NCBI GenBank assembly: GCA_964589075.1
Contig: CAZPQU010000004.1
Span: 59,090-123,089 of the forward strand
Direction of reading: 5' to 3'
DNA: 64,000 nucleotides
Origin: an uncultured Candidatus Izemoplasmatales bacterium
Lineage (GTDB): Bacteria; Bacillota_I; Bacilli_A; MAG-NZ
Shown: positions 10,667 to 19,944 of the stretch, piece by piece
Layout: the number at the start of each line of letters is the position of its first letter
Position numbering within the stretch: the stretch's first letter is position 1
The notes under the pieces: generated by a model
Told to the model about the DNA's origin: nothing
Databases searched by the model: none
Seen by the model: only the letters and a program-made list of their open reading frames with translations
Position numbers and translations under genes: made by a program

Positions 10667-10694
10667 AATTTGGTGCGGATAACAGGAGTTGAAC
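10667..10694. repeat. distal att site (direct repeat of the tRNA-Leu 3' end)
   Basis: 28 of 28 identity with 51229-51256. Confidence 0.85.
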
Positions 10695-10778
10695 ATTAGT
10701 ACCCACATACAATAGGCTAAGGTTTTCAAAGAACTACACCCCTAAGATATCAAATGAGGGGGACGTATTATGTCACAT
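10688..10778. repeat. 91-nt island repeat, copy 1 (fused to the att core)
   Basis: Identical to the consensus gttgaacattagtaccc...gacgtattatgtcacat. Its first 7 nt overlap the att core. Confidence 0.9.
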
Positions 10779-10975
10779 TGAAAAAAAATCGTATTTTCGA
10801 ACTTTTTTTTGTTTATTAGTTATGAGTTAATTGTCCCTCAAACAGAATCTTCGTCCACATCCTGTAAAATCCACCAAAAACACGATTATTTATTTCAATA
10901 CTCACGAAAAAAAACAATCTTTCTCAGATTGTTTTGGCTCTTATATTGATAATAAAAGAAATTTTTAATGAAAAA

Positions 10976-11296
10976 TTATTCGTTAATTTCAGTGCCCACC
11001 CTTGGAATCTTCTCCCAAATGTCAATGGATTGAAGTTCACCTCCTGCGAAATGCCCATCTATAAAGTTTTCAAAAGTACCTGAATAAGTTATTTGAACAA
11101 TATATCCTTCAGCATATCTGTCATAATCAATCTCATGCTCTTTTGTAATACTAATCCAATATATTTCTTTCTCATCTGTTTCGATGGCTAAAAGACGATA
11201 TTCATCATCATATGTATACACAATACCTTTTATTGTTTTTTCTGTATTTTGGCAACCACCAAGAAGAATAATAAAAACTAAAATGAGTTTTTTCAT
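10976..11296 (-). CDS. small lipoprotein (possible partner or inhibitor of the upstream protease)
   Basis: Signal peptide plus lipobox LLGGC. Lies 22 nt downstream of the protease gene in the same cassette. Confidence 0.45.
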   Translation of the reverse strand: MKKLILVFIILLGGCQNTEKTIKGIVYTYDDEYRLLAIETDEKEIYWISITKEHEIDYDRYAEGYIVQITYSGTFENFIDGHFAGGELQSIDIWEKIPRVGTEINE

Positions 11297-11318
11297 TAGG
11301 TTCCTCCATATAGTCTAT

Positions 11319-12182
11319 TTAGAGATGATCATTCATCAACAAATTGTATAATACTACATCGATATCTCTTGCAACATTATAATATATTGAGTTTATTGTT
11401 ACTGCTCCAACATGAATTCCAACTACTTCATTATTGTAATTTAATACAGGAGAACCGGACATCCCTTCATAAGTATCGTTATCATATAGTATTGTTCTAG
11501 TCTCGAACGCTTCTACTCTTCCCGAACCTTTCCACATTGTATTAGATGGCTTATCACTTGGAAACCCAATTACATTTATAGCGTCATCTATCCCTACAGA
11601 TTTTTGTAATTGAAATTTCTTAATTGAACTATCCACTGACTGAGATAGGGTAATAATTGCATAATCATTTTTATGTCCATCATCAACGTTTATATAATCA
11701 TAACTTACATCAATCGTCTCTGACTGATACATAAAATCGTTGTCAGATGGTCCGCCTCCTGAGTAAACTCTAACGAATGCAGGCATTACTGGATATCCAG
11801 TTGCTCTACCATAGACAACGTGTCCACCTGTAAGGACTGTATTATCATCAAGCATGAAACCAGTCGCTATCGATGGTAAAGGAAAGTATTGGCCAGGAAC
11901 AAGTTTACTCTCATAGTAAACTTCAATTGCAACTATACCATTATATGGTTGTATACTTTTGTTAGTAATTTCTGTTCGACTATCGGAACCAATAACAACT
12001 CTAGTCGTCCTTTCGATGTAACCCGCCTCATCAGCTGAGACTATTTTATCAATTGTACTCTCTTCAATAGATTCAAACGTAATTGTTTCTTTTTTTTTGT
12101 CTTTCGTGTTATTAGACGCATCCACTGAAATTACCATGAACGGAATAATAAGTATCATAAATCCTAAAATTAATTTTTTCAT
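11319..12182 (-). CDS. secreted S1-family (V8 / glutamyl-endopeptidase-like) serine protease
   Basis: Signal peptide. Catalytic triad contexts LTGGHVV (His), NDYAIITL (Asp), GMSGSPV (Ser). Confidence 0.7.
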   Translation of the reverse strand: MKKLILGFMILIIPFMVISVDASNNTKDKKKETITFESIEESTIDKIVSADEAGYIERTTRVVIGSDSRTEITNKSIQPYNGIVAIEVYYESKLVPGQYFPLPSIATGFMLDDNTVLTGGHVVYGRATGYPVMPAFVRVYSGGGPSDNDFMYQSETIDVSYDYINVDDGHKNDYAIITLSQSVDSSIKKFQLQKSVGIDDAINVIGFPSDKPSNTMWKGSGRVEAFETRTILYDNDTYEGMSGSPVLNYNNEVVGIHVGAVTINSIYYNVARDIDVVLYNLLMNDHL

Positions 12183-12293
12183 ATTTTCTCCTTTTTTTTT
12201 TTGCTAATAGATATTGGTATTATAGCATAGATAATAAGGTTGAAAAGTTACAGATTTTTAACCATCCGAAGGTAAGCCGTTATTTGATACATT

Positions 12294-12309
12294 GTTACAA
12301 AACTGTAAC
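12294..12309. promoter_or_regulatory. perfect palindrome GTTACA-N4-TGTAAC upstream of the protease cassette
   Basis: Inverted hexamers at 12294-12299 and 12304-12309. The same hexamer recurs in cassette upstream regions. Confidence 0.35.
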
Positions 12310-12321
12310 ATTTCACTTCTT

Positions 12322-12370
12322 AAAAAATTACAGATTTTTTACTATTGTATAAAATAGATGTAGGTTTGAA
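12322..12370 (-). promoter_or_regulatory. conserved cassette promoter-like module (TGTAAC module)
   Basis: The minus-sense sequence ...TTTATACAATAGTAAAAAATCTGTAATTTTT aligns with the modules at 13671-13720, 24321-24362 and 28472-28520. Confidence 0.4.
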
Positions 12371-12404
12371 ACAAAAAAGGCCCTCAAGTTTGGGGGTCAT
12401 GAGA

Positions 12405-12495
12405 GTTCAACATTAGTACCCACATACATTAGGCTAAGGTTTTCAAAGATCTACGCCACTAAGATATCAAATGAGGGGGACGTATTATGTCACAT
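12405..12495. repeat. 91-nt island repeat, copy 2
   Basis: 5 mismatches to the consensus. The core reads GTTCAAC. Confidence 0.9.
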
Positions 12496-12567
12496 TAAAA
12501 AAAAGTCCTATTTTTGGACTTTTTTCGATTATTGTTAGAAGTAACCCTAGAATATGAAACTAGTGTA

Positions 12568-13629
12568 CTAAAGTGACTTTGCACCGATATTTAGCAAAGG
12601 TACCATGTAAATAGTAAGTTGGACAATCAATAGAATCAATGGGGTGCGAGCTGACAATTTGTCTATGTATATATGGAGTGATTTGTTTTCCAAATATTCC
12701 TTTTCCCATTTCTTGAAACTTTTCTCTTCATTAAGTCCGCTATTATTCATTCTTATTGATAATATCTCGAATTTTGATAAAACCTCATTTTCTAACATTT
12801 TGTACACATCAAAGTCAGTGATGTACGGAACAACAATTGTAAAAATCATGAATAGTAGTGTAGCGTAACCATACGATAATAATAGATTTAAAGTACTGTG
12901 TCCAATTACAATATCCATCACTAGTCCCAGAATAATAAATGAACCAGTAGAAGTTATTATCTTTCTATTGAGTCTTCTTAATTGGAAAATTGAAGTTAGC
13001 ATTGTTTTATCTATATATGTCGCTGTTGTTTTAACAGAAAGAACAAACTCTTTAAGTACAACTTTTTTATCAACGTATGCTACTAAAAAATAGGATATTA
13101 AGAAATAGAAAACAATAGAAATTATAAGCCAGGTACCTCGAATTATGACACTCATTAAAATACTAGAATTACCTGGATCAGGAAAACTAAAGTGTTCGTT
13201 TATCACTAGAATTACTGCAAACAGAACAACCAATGTATTCAAAATGAAATTCCTATTGTTCACAGCGATTGATTCTGGCTGTTGTAGCGGTTCCTTCTGC
13301 TCAGGCACTATTCGTGAAAATGTTGTTCTATACTTATTGATTACAAAAATCAGTACAATAATAGAGAATGATCGAAGAAAGAAAAAATTAAATTCAGGCA
13401 TTATTCCTGTTTCCTTTAAGTACTCAAATCTATGTGCTAAGTTCCCAGCTTCTCCTAGAAAGTTCTTAATTCCTTCCATTAAGCTAACATAATCATCAAA
13501 GATGATTACTAAAAATCTGAATAAAATCAACCCCAATACAATCAAACATATCCGTTTTAGGTAAGTTGTCAATGTCTGCTTTAGTTCCAGATTCCTAAAA
13601 ATTCCAAATGTAAAAAACAAATTTCCCAT
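12568..13629 (-). CDS. multi-pass membrane protein, function unknown (single-gene cassette)
   Basis: ORF with GGGAGG 7 nt upstream of the ATG at 13629. About 8 TM helices plus a C-terminal helical region. Confidence 0.5.
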   Translation of the reverse strand: MGNLFFTFGIFRNLELKQTLTTYLKRICLIVLGLILFRFLVIIFDDYVSLMEGIKNFLGEAGNLAHRFEYLKETGIMPEFNFFFLRSFSIIVLIFVINKYRTTFSRIVPEQKEPLQQPESIAVNNRNFILNTLVVLFAVILVINEHFSFPDPGNSSILMSVIIRGTWLIISIVFYFLISYFLVAYVDKKVVLKEFVLSVKTTATYIDKTMLTSIFQLRRLNRKIITSTGSFIILGLVMDIVIGHSTLNLLLSYGYATLLFMIFTIVVPYITDFDVYKMLENEVLSKFEILSIRMNNSGLNEEKSFKKWEKEYLENKSLHIYIDKLSARTPLILLIVQLTIYMVPLLNIGAKSL

Positions 13630-13670
13630 TTTAATACCTCCCATTTAACTTTAGCACATAAAACGATCCT

Positions 13671-13720
13671 CAAAAGTTACAGTTTTTTCACCATTATGTA
13701 TAGTTGGTGTGCGTTGGCGA
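13671..13720 (-). promoter_or_regulatory. conserved cassette promoter-like module (TGTAAC module)
   Basis: Minus-sense CTATACATAATGGTGAAAAAACTGTAACTTTTG. Homologous to the modules at 12322-12370 and 28472-28520. Confidence 0.4.
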
Positions 13721-13752
13721 AAAAAAAGACCTCCAATTTGAGGGTCATAGAT

Positions 13753-13843
13753 GTTGAACATTAGTACCCACATACAATAGGCTAAGGTTTTCAAAGAACT
13801 ACACCCCTAAGATATCAAATGAGGGGGACGTATTATGTCACAT
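13753..13843. repeat. 91-nt island repeat, copy 3
   Basis: Identical to the consensus. Confidence 0.9.
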
Positions 13844-13992
13844 CAAAAAAAAAATTCATTTTATTGAACTTTTTTTTGAAATATGTTTTCATATTATCAA
13901 CCAACAATTTTTGAACATTACAGTTTTAGCATCTAATACAAGATAATAAAGTGTCCAACAATTAGATTGCAACACAATTTATGACTAATTTA

Positions 13993-14961
13993 TTATGAGG
14001 TACACATGTATCGATTTCTATATACCTGTTCTGTTTCTTCAAAAAGACAATCTAGTTCAGCACCTAAAATAGAATATCCGTTTTCAATAGTAGGATGTTT
14101 TAAGAAATCAATAAATTGCTTAGTACTTAATCTTTCCACCAATACCGAAACAAACAACTTCGATAATAAGTAAGCCAATTCTTTTCTGTAATATGAGAAA
14201 TCACCCCATAGCAATTTAATACTGACTTTATCTTCAGGGAACTTAATACTTTTATAAACTATTGATTCATCAAAGTACTCGGCTATACCTTCTCTAATCA
14301 TCCTAGGGCTACTTGTAACATCCTTACTCATATTCTCATGATAAACGTGAGCAATTTCGTGACCACTACTGTCATGCAAATTAACGTGTATCATTGCAAA
14401 AACAGAATTTGTATAGCTAAGGTTATTTCCAATTACGTCCTTCCAATCTATATAAACATATATATCTATTTTTTTCCTCAAAGTAATTTGAAAAAAATGC
14501 TGGATTGAATAATTATAAGCTTCATGACTTGCTATGCATTTTTTCTCTTCAGATTTTAGTATACGTTTATCAATGTGAAAAACAATTTTCTCAGTTTCAA
14601 CAACCCTAAAAAAATTATTCCTAATCCCAAGTAATTCAATCCAGTCTTTTGATTCGTTCGAGAATTCTCCTAAAGACAAGTATGCTTTATCTAAGAACTG
14701 TGTTGACAATTGCGAATTGCCCATTGCGTAATATATTAACCCCACATATCCAAACAATCTGCTGTAGTCTATACTCTTATTGTTGAAATCAGTAATTTCA
14801 TTAAAAACTTCTAATGAGTTGCTTAATTGGTTCGTCTCGAATAGGGCAAATAATAAGTAACTTCTCAAAACATCTGTTATCTGTCCCTGTTCTATAAGAT
14901 TATAAATGCCAATGTAATTTCTATTTTCATATAATTGTTCAATTGTGAAACTACTCTGCAT
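13993..14961 (-). CDS. HExxH protein with a helical-repeat N-terminus (candidate leader peptidase or immunity protein of the RiPP cluster)
   Basis: SGHEIAHVYHE motif. Last gene of the operon. The start was chosen at the Met that overlaps the rSAM stop by 11 nt; the ORF extends to 15012. Confidence 0.45.
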   Translation of the reverse strand: MQSSFTIEQLYENRNYIGIYNLIEQGQITDVLRSYLLFALFETNQLSNSLEVFNEITDFNNKSIDYSRLFGYVGLIYYAMGNSQLSTQFLDKAYLSLGEFSNESKDWIELLGIRNNFFRVVETEKIVFHIDKRILKSEEKKCIASHEAYNYSIQHFFQITLRKKIDIYVYIDWKDVIGNNLSYTNSVFAMIHVNLHDSSGHEIAHVYHENMSKDVTSSPRMIREGIAEYFDESIVYKSIKFPEDKVSIKLLWGDFSYYRKELAYLLSKLFVSVLVERLSTKQFIDFLKHPTIENGYSILGAELDCLFEETEQVYRNRYMCTS

Positions 14962-16213
14962 AAAAGTATGGCAAAGACACCATTTCAAACTCAGAGCAAA
15001 CTCTACTACCATGGTTAATATTGTGGAGGATACACCCCCCTAAGCAATCCGGAAGTAATTTGCATTCCATGCACTTTTTATCTTCAAAGCAGTTCAACGC
15101 TTGGTACCAATCAAATATTTTATTACCATCAAGTTGTAACTCCCCATCATCATCAATAAAACCAATTTGTGCTTTCTCTTGTGAAAGGACATTTAGACAT
15201 TTCCAAACTGTTAAATCTGGAAGAATATAAAGGAAGTTTTCATTCGTACAGGATTCACAGGATCTATTATAATGAATATTACTCACAGTATTGTATCCTA
15301 TTTCAACTGCCATTTTGTATAAGTCATTAAAATCAGCCGAAGAATTCTCATTATTACCCTCAAACATTTCTGTGTCATAAACAGCACGGAAGTATACTTT
15401 CATTTTGCTTCTATATTCTGGCAAAACAGATTCTAATGTTTCCAGTATTTCTTCATTTGAGTTGTTATTGAGGTTAATTCTTAATATAAAATGAAACTCC
15501 TCCACGTCGAGGTATTTTGATATTGTGTCATTTATCTTACCCATTATTAAATCATATGATTTTTTTCCTGTTTTAAATTTTCTAGTTTGATCGTGTGTTT
15601 CCCTAGACCCATCAATAGTAATCTGCATCATTTTGCAGTTATTCTTGATAAGTTCCGACATTATATCTTCCGTCAAAAGTGAGCCATTAGTAATTATTGA
15701 GTTTCCAAAGTCTGTGTTTACTTCCTTACATATTTGCGAAGTGTTATTTATTAGGTTAATTAATTCACTACTAAACAACAATGGTTCTCCTCCAAATAAA
15801 CTCATTTCAAGATAAGTGTAGAATTTACTATACTTCTTAACGTATTTTTCAATAGTCTCGAAATAGTCTTTCTTTTTCACGCTATTTCTAAAAGGTTCTT
15901 CAAAACAATACTCACAGGCAAAATTACACTCCATGGTAGGTACTAGTATCAAATTCAATTGAGAGTTGTCAAAGAATTTTCTGTCAAAAAGGAACTTAAC
16001 TTTCTTGAATTCGTTCTCATCTTGAAGTACAATGAAACCATTCTCTACTAACTCACTGTACTGCATATTGTTTGGAAATTTATTCATTTCCTGTACAATT
16101 TCAGGTAGAGATGTATCCGGATCAATGCTCATAAATGCTTTTGTTACGGAATTATAAATTACCTCTTCTCCATTTATTACTTTATCTATATTATAATAAC
16201 TACTTTTATACAT
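14951..16213 (-). CDS. radical SAM / SPASM-domain peptide maturase
   Basis: CNFACEYC (Cx3Cx2C), GGEPLL, and C-terminal Cys clusters (CESC...WKC...CMECKLLPDCLGGC). Confidence 0.8.
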   Translation of the reverse strand: MYKSSYYNIDKVINGEEVIYNSVTKAFMSIDPDTSLPEIVQEMNKFPNNMQYSELVENGFIVLQDENEFKKVKFLFDRKFFDNSQLNLILVPTMECNFACEYCFEEPFRNSVKKKDYFETIEKYVKKYSKFYTYLEMSLFGGEPLLFSSELINLINNTSQICKEVNTDFGNSIITNGSLLTEDIMSELIKNNCKMMQITIDGSRETHDQTRKFKTGKKSYDLIMGKINDTISKYLDVEEFHFILRINLNNNSNEEILETLESVLPEYRSKMKVYFRAVYDTEMFEGNNENSSADFNDLYKMAVEIGYNTVSNIHYNRSCESCTNENFLYILPDLTVWKCLNVLSQEKAQIGFIDDDGELQLDGNKIFDWYQALNCFEDKKCMECKLLPDCLGGCILHNINHGSRVCSEFEMVSLPYFYAE

Positions 16214-16290
16214 AATCTTTACGAGTGATATTCACTCTTCCTTTCACGTTTTTTTGGAGTTCAACAATGAGAATACTATTTTAGTTTATC

Positions 16291-16464
16291 CTATGCTGCA
16301 GTGGGACAATTTCCTGTACAAGTACAAGCATCTCTAGGCGAGATGTACAGAGATTTGCCTACTTCAGTAGCTGATTCTTCAATTTTCTTTACAGTATTTA
16401 ATTTGGCGTTTCTTATGATTGTAAACATCTTTGATTTATTATTTTTCATTGCTTCTTTTTTCAT
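16291..16464 (-). CDS. RiPP precursor peptide (57 aa, Cys-rich C-terminal core DACTCTGNCPTAA)
   Basis: AGGAG 6 nt upstream of the ATG at 16464. Lys-rich leader followed by a 3-Cys core. Located immediately upstream of the rSAM gene. Confidence 0.6.
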   Translation of the reverse strand: MKKEAMKNNKSKMFTIIRNAKLNTVKKIEESATEVGKSLYISPRDACTCTGNCPTAA

Positions 16465-16532
16465 AATATCCTCCTGAATTTTATGTATATTTGGATTACT
16501 GATAATCCATTGTATTCTCATTGTGAACCCTG

Positions 16533-18281
16533 CTAATAATACAGTTGTGACTCCCAAAGTTTTTTATACAAAGTATCAGAACTTAGTAGTTCTTCATGAC
16601 TTCCAACTTCTGTAGTCACTCCATCATTTAATAAGTAAATTTTGTCCATTCTTTTTGCAATGCTCAATCTGTGTGTAATCACTATCACCGTTTTGTCTAG
16701 TGATGAAATAAGATTATTTAACTCATTTTCTTGAATCGGATCAATTGAACTAGTCGGTTCATCCATAATTATAATCTTTGAATCAATATATAAGGATCGT
16801 GCTAATGCAATTCGTTGCCATTCTCCTCCTGAGAAATCTGAATTACCAAACTCCAGTCCTATATGGCTGTTTTTATCTTGTTTCATCCTATCTAGTCCAA
16901 CTAGGGACAGCAGTTCATCTACTCGTAAGACTGCATCTTTCTTATCCACATTCTTTAATTGTGATAAATTATCAAGAACGATATTTTCAAATAATGTGTT
17001 CTCGTATTTGTTAAATTCTTGCAAGAGTGCACTTGATTTACTAATTCTAAACCTAGTCATCTCTTTGTGCTCGATGCCATCAAAACTTATTGTACCGCTT
17101 TTTAATTTCAAATAACCCATGATTATTTTTGCCAATGTTGTCTTTCCTGCTCCATTTAAACCTACAATAGCAATTTTTTCTCCACTACTTATTTCAATGT
17201 TGACATCCTTAATTACTTTGGTAATACTTGTTGGGTAATGATACACACCTGATTTAACTGTCAATGAATTAAAGCTATGTGAAATAGTCTTCTCTTTTTT
17301 TTGATCTATAAAGGAGAAATATGGCTTAACCAAAAATATAAATTTGGAAAAGTAACCTGCGCCTACAAACAACTCTGTGTATTGCATATTTAGAATAGTT
17401 ACAGCTGAAATTGTAGCCATAAACTGTGGAAAATTAATATTCCCCATAAAAAGCAAGTAAGCTGAAAAGACATAAATTGATAATTGTGAGAGACTCTTAA
17501 TTAGACCTAGTACTGCTTTATATTTTAAAACTCTCATCTTATTTTTTAGTAGACCTTCCTGAAGTATATTTCCTGTTGAAGTCCACTTGTTTTTAAGTTC
17601 ACTATAACAATGAATAGCTTTGATTTCCTTAAAAGACCTAATTTTAGTCAAAGAATCAAACCAATCTTTTTCAACCTTTGAGAGTTCCATTTCTTTTGAC
17701 CTATATCTTACGGCAATAGTTGCCTCAATGAACTGTTCAATAAATGATGGTATTGCTGCGAGAAATATGAGAATCCAAAATGTTGAATTGAAAGTAGATA
17801 TATATTTCCCAGTAATTACAATTCCAATTATTATAGCAACTGCATCAATCACATACTCAGTAATCCTATAGATATTAATACCTGCAACTTGAGCACTCCA
17901 AATACCATTATAAAACCTTGGATCTTCATAGTTGTCTACTTGCAGATCATTGCATTTTGAATGTATCGCTGTCCTAATCTTTTTTTCAAATCGTGGTATT
18001 CCACCGAGTTGGACAACCAAACGTTTATACAAGACAATGTATCCCCTCATGAGAATGTTATATAACGAATAAACTGCTATAACTATCATGAATGCTCCGT
18101 ACCCTATCTCTTTCTCTAAGATAGTCGTGTACAACGAAAGACTTAATCTAACCCCTAAAACAGGCAATAAGGCATAAGCCATATTAACAACAATCATTCC
18201 TACAAAATGTTTCGGTAAAATATTGAAACAGAGTGACATGGAACGCCACACAACCCATTGACTAATTTTTGTCATAAACAT
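16533..18281 (-). CDS. ABC transporter, fused permease/ATPase (exporter)
   Basis: TM domain plus Walker A GLNGAGKTT, signature FSGGEWQR and Walker B IIIMDEPTS. GAGGAG lies upstream of the Met at 18281. Confidence 0.8.
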   Translation of the reverse strand: MFMTKISQWVVWRSMSLCFNILPKHFVGMIVVNMAYALLPVLGVRLSLSLYTTILEKEIGYGAFMIVIAVYSLYNILMRGYIVLYKRLVVQLGGIPRFEKKIRTAIHSKCNDLQVDNYEDPRFYNGIWSAQVAGINIYRITEYVIDAVAIIIGIVITGKYISTFNSTFWILIFLAAIPSFIEQFIEATIAVRYRSKEMELSKVEKDWFDSLTKIRSFKEIKAIHCYSELKNKWTSTGNILQEGLLKNKMRVLKYKAVLGLIKSLSQLSIYVFSAYLLFMGNINFPQFMATISAVTILNMQYTELFVGAGYFSKFIFLVKPYFSFIDQKKEKTISHSFNSLTVKSGVYHYPTSITKVIKDVNIEISSGEKIAIVGLNGAGKTTLAKIIMGYLKLKSGTISFDGIEHKEMTRFRISKSSALLQEFNKYENTLFENIVLDNLSQLKNVDKKDAVLRVDELLSLVGLDRMKQDKNSHIGLEFGNSDFSGGEWQRIALARSLYIDSKIIIMDEPTSSIDPIQENELNNLISSLDKTVIVITHRLSIAKRMDKIYLLNDGVTTEVGSHEELLSSDTLYKKLWESQLYY

Positions 18282-19944
18282 ACATACTCCTCTGAGCATT
18301 ATACAAGTTACTGTATTTGCCATTATTCATCATTAAGCTCTCATGCTTTCCAGATTCAACAATCATTTTTTGATCCAGGACTACTATGCAATCTAATTTT
18401 TTTACTGCACCCAATCTGTGTGTAACAAAAATAGTTGTCTTGTCTTTAAACACTTCTAAACACATTTCAAACATTTCCTTCTCAGCAATAGGGTCAAGAT
18501 TTGAAGTAGGTTCATCTAGAATTATAAGATTACAACTGCTCAGCAATAGTCTTGCAATTGCTAGTCTTTGTGTCTCACCTTTTGACAATGACGTTCCCTC
18601 ACTTGTAATTAGTGATATTTTTGTATTAATTCCATTGGATAAACTATTGACTTTTTCTAGCATATTAACTTTGCCTAACGCTTCAAATAATGTAGTATTT
18701 GTAGTAGTTGACTCGTTTCCAAGGAGAATAAATTCTTTAACTGTTAAGTTGAATAAATTAAAATCCTGAAAAAGGACTGCAGCTTTTATGCTTTTACATG
18801 TACCCTCATATTTTCCTTCATAAAGCCCCATTAGTATTTTTATTAAAGTGCTTTTACCTGAACCGTTTTCTCCAACTATTCCATAATGTTTCCCCTTCTT
18901 AAAGACAAAGTTAACATCAGTTAGAACAGTGTCGTTCTCAATATACGAAAAACTAATATTCTTCAAGGAAATCTCTTCTTCGCTTTCGTAGTGTGTAGTA
19001 TCATCTTCGATTTTGAAAAAATCACTTAAGGAATTCCTCAGAGTATTAAATTCCTCAATCCCCTTATACCTCTCACTGAACAGTGCTACTCTTTGAATCA
19101 CCATTCCTGTGCTACTAATTATTCCTGTATAAACACCTATACTTATAATATTCGTATTTAGCGGTACAACAAAAATAATATAAGTAATTACTCCTAATAA
19201 AATCAATGCAATCTCTGATATAAATTGATATCTAAATCTAGTTTTTCCATTTGCAATGTTGGATAACAAACCTTTATCAAAAGCACTGCTGAATCCTCTC
19301 TCCAGAAACGCTTGATGACCATAAATAGATCTCTCATATGCATACTCCCGCTTCGCAAGAGTGTCAGAGTAGTAATGAGATCTTCTCATATTTGACATAT
19401 ACTTCTTCCAAAAATCTCCTGTTTTCTTGTTGGACCATTTGATTATTATATATATAGCAATGATTAATAAAAAATATATTAAAAGAATCAGAAAGTTTGT
19501 AGAAGAAGCTAAATATGAAAAAATCATAAAGAACACCACAGCACTAATCAGTGCTCCTACTGCATCAATGGATTCAAACAAAATCGTTATAAAGTTTTTA
19601 CTTTGTAAGACTAAGTCTTGATTTTTATTTTTCTCAACCTCCAATAGATTTAATCCTTGGAGTTTATCAATTACCTTTTCCGCTACAGTATACTTATATT
19701 TTCTTTCAAACCATATTTTCACAACATCTTTTAACAAAAGCAGCATTAGTTCAATAATCATAAGTGAGCCAATTATAACTAAATACTTTATTACTTTAGA
19801 ATTTGAGTTGAAGATACTATCTATTAATAATACTTTCATTACTATTCTCACACACAATGTTGATGTAATAGCTGTTTCTATTAGAAGCAAAATAAACCTC
19901 AATCTCACATAAAAGTGCTTGTTTTCTATAGTGGCCAATTGCAT
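18262..19944 (-). CDS. ABC transporter, fused permease/ATPase (exporter)
   Basis: TM domain plus Walker A GENGSGKST, signature LSKGETQR and Walker B LIILDEPTS. Confidence 0.8.
   Translation of the reverse strand: MQLATIENKHFYVRLRFILLLIETAITSTLCVRIVMKVLLIDSIFNSNSKVIKYLVIIGSLMIIELMLLLLKDVVKIWFERKYKYTVAEKVIDKLQGLNLLEVEKNKNQDLVLQSKNFITILFESIDAVGALISAVVFFMIFSYLASSTNFLILLIYFLLIIAIYIIIKWSNKKTGDFWKKYMSNMRRSHYYSDTLAKREYAYERSIYGHQAFLERGFSSAFDKGLLSNIANGKTRFRYQFISEIALILLGVITYIIFVVPLNTNIISIGVYTGIISSTGMVIQRVALFSERYKGIEEFNTLRNSLSDFFKIEDDTTHYESEEEISLKNISFSYIENDTVLTDVNFVFKKGKHYGIVGENGSGKSTLIKILMGLYEGKYEGTCKSIKAAVLFQDFNLFNLTVKEFILLGNESTTTNTTLFEALGKVNMLEKVNSLSNGINTKISLITSEGTSLSKGETQRLAIARLLLSSCNLIILDEPTSNLDPIAEKEMFEMCLEVFKDKTTIFVTHRLGAVKKLDCIVVLDQKMIVESGKHESLMMNNGKYSNLYNAQRSMYVYDKN

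Noticed and set aside
10757-10785. Mini-ORF inside every repeat on the plus strand: GAGGGGGA, 6 nt, then ATG TCA CAT TAA.
   Set aside because: It has only 3 codons in most copies. The reading frame and length vary where the A-run differs. It runs straight into a terminator and has no convincing plus-strand promoter. It is probably a coincidental Shine-Dalgarno-like G-run.
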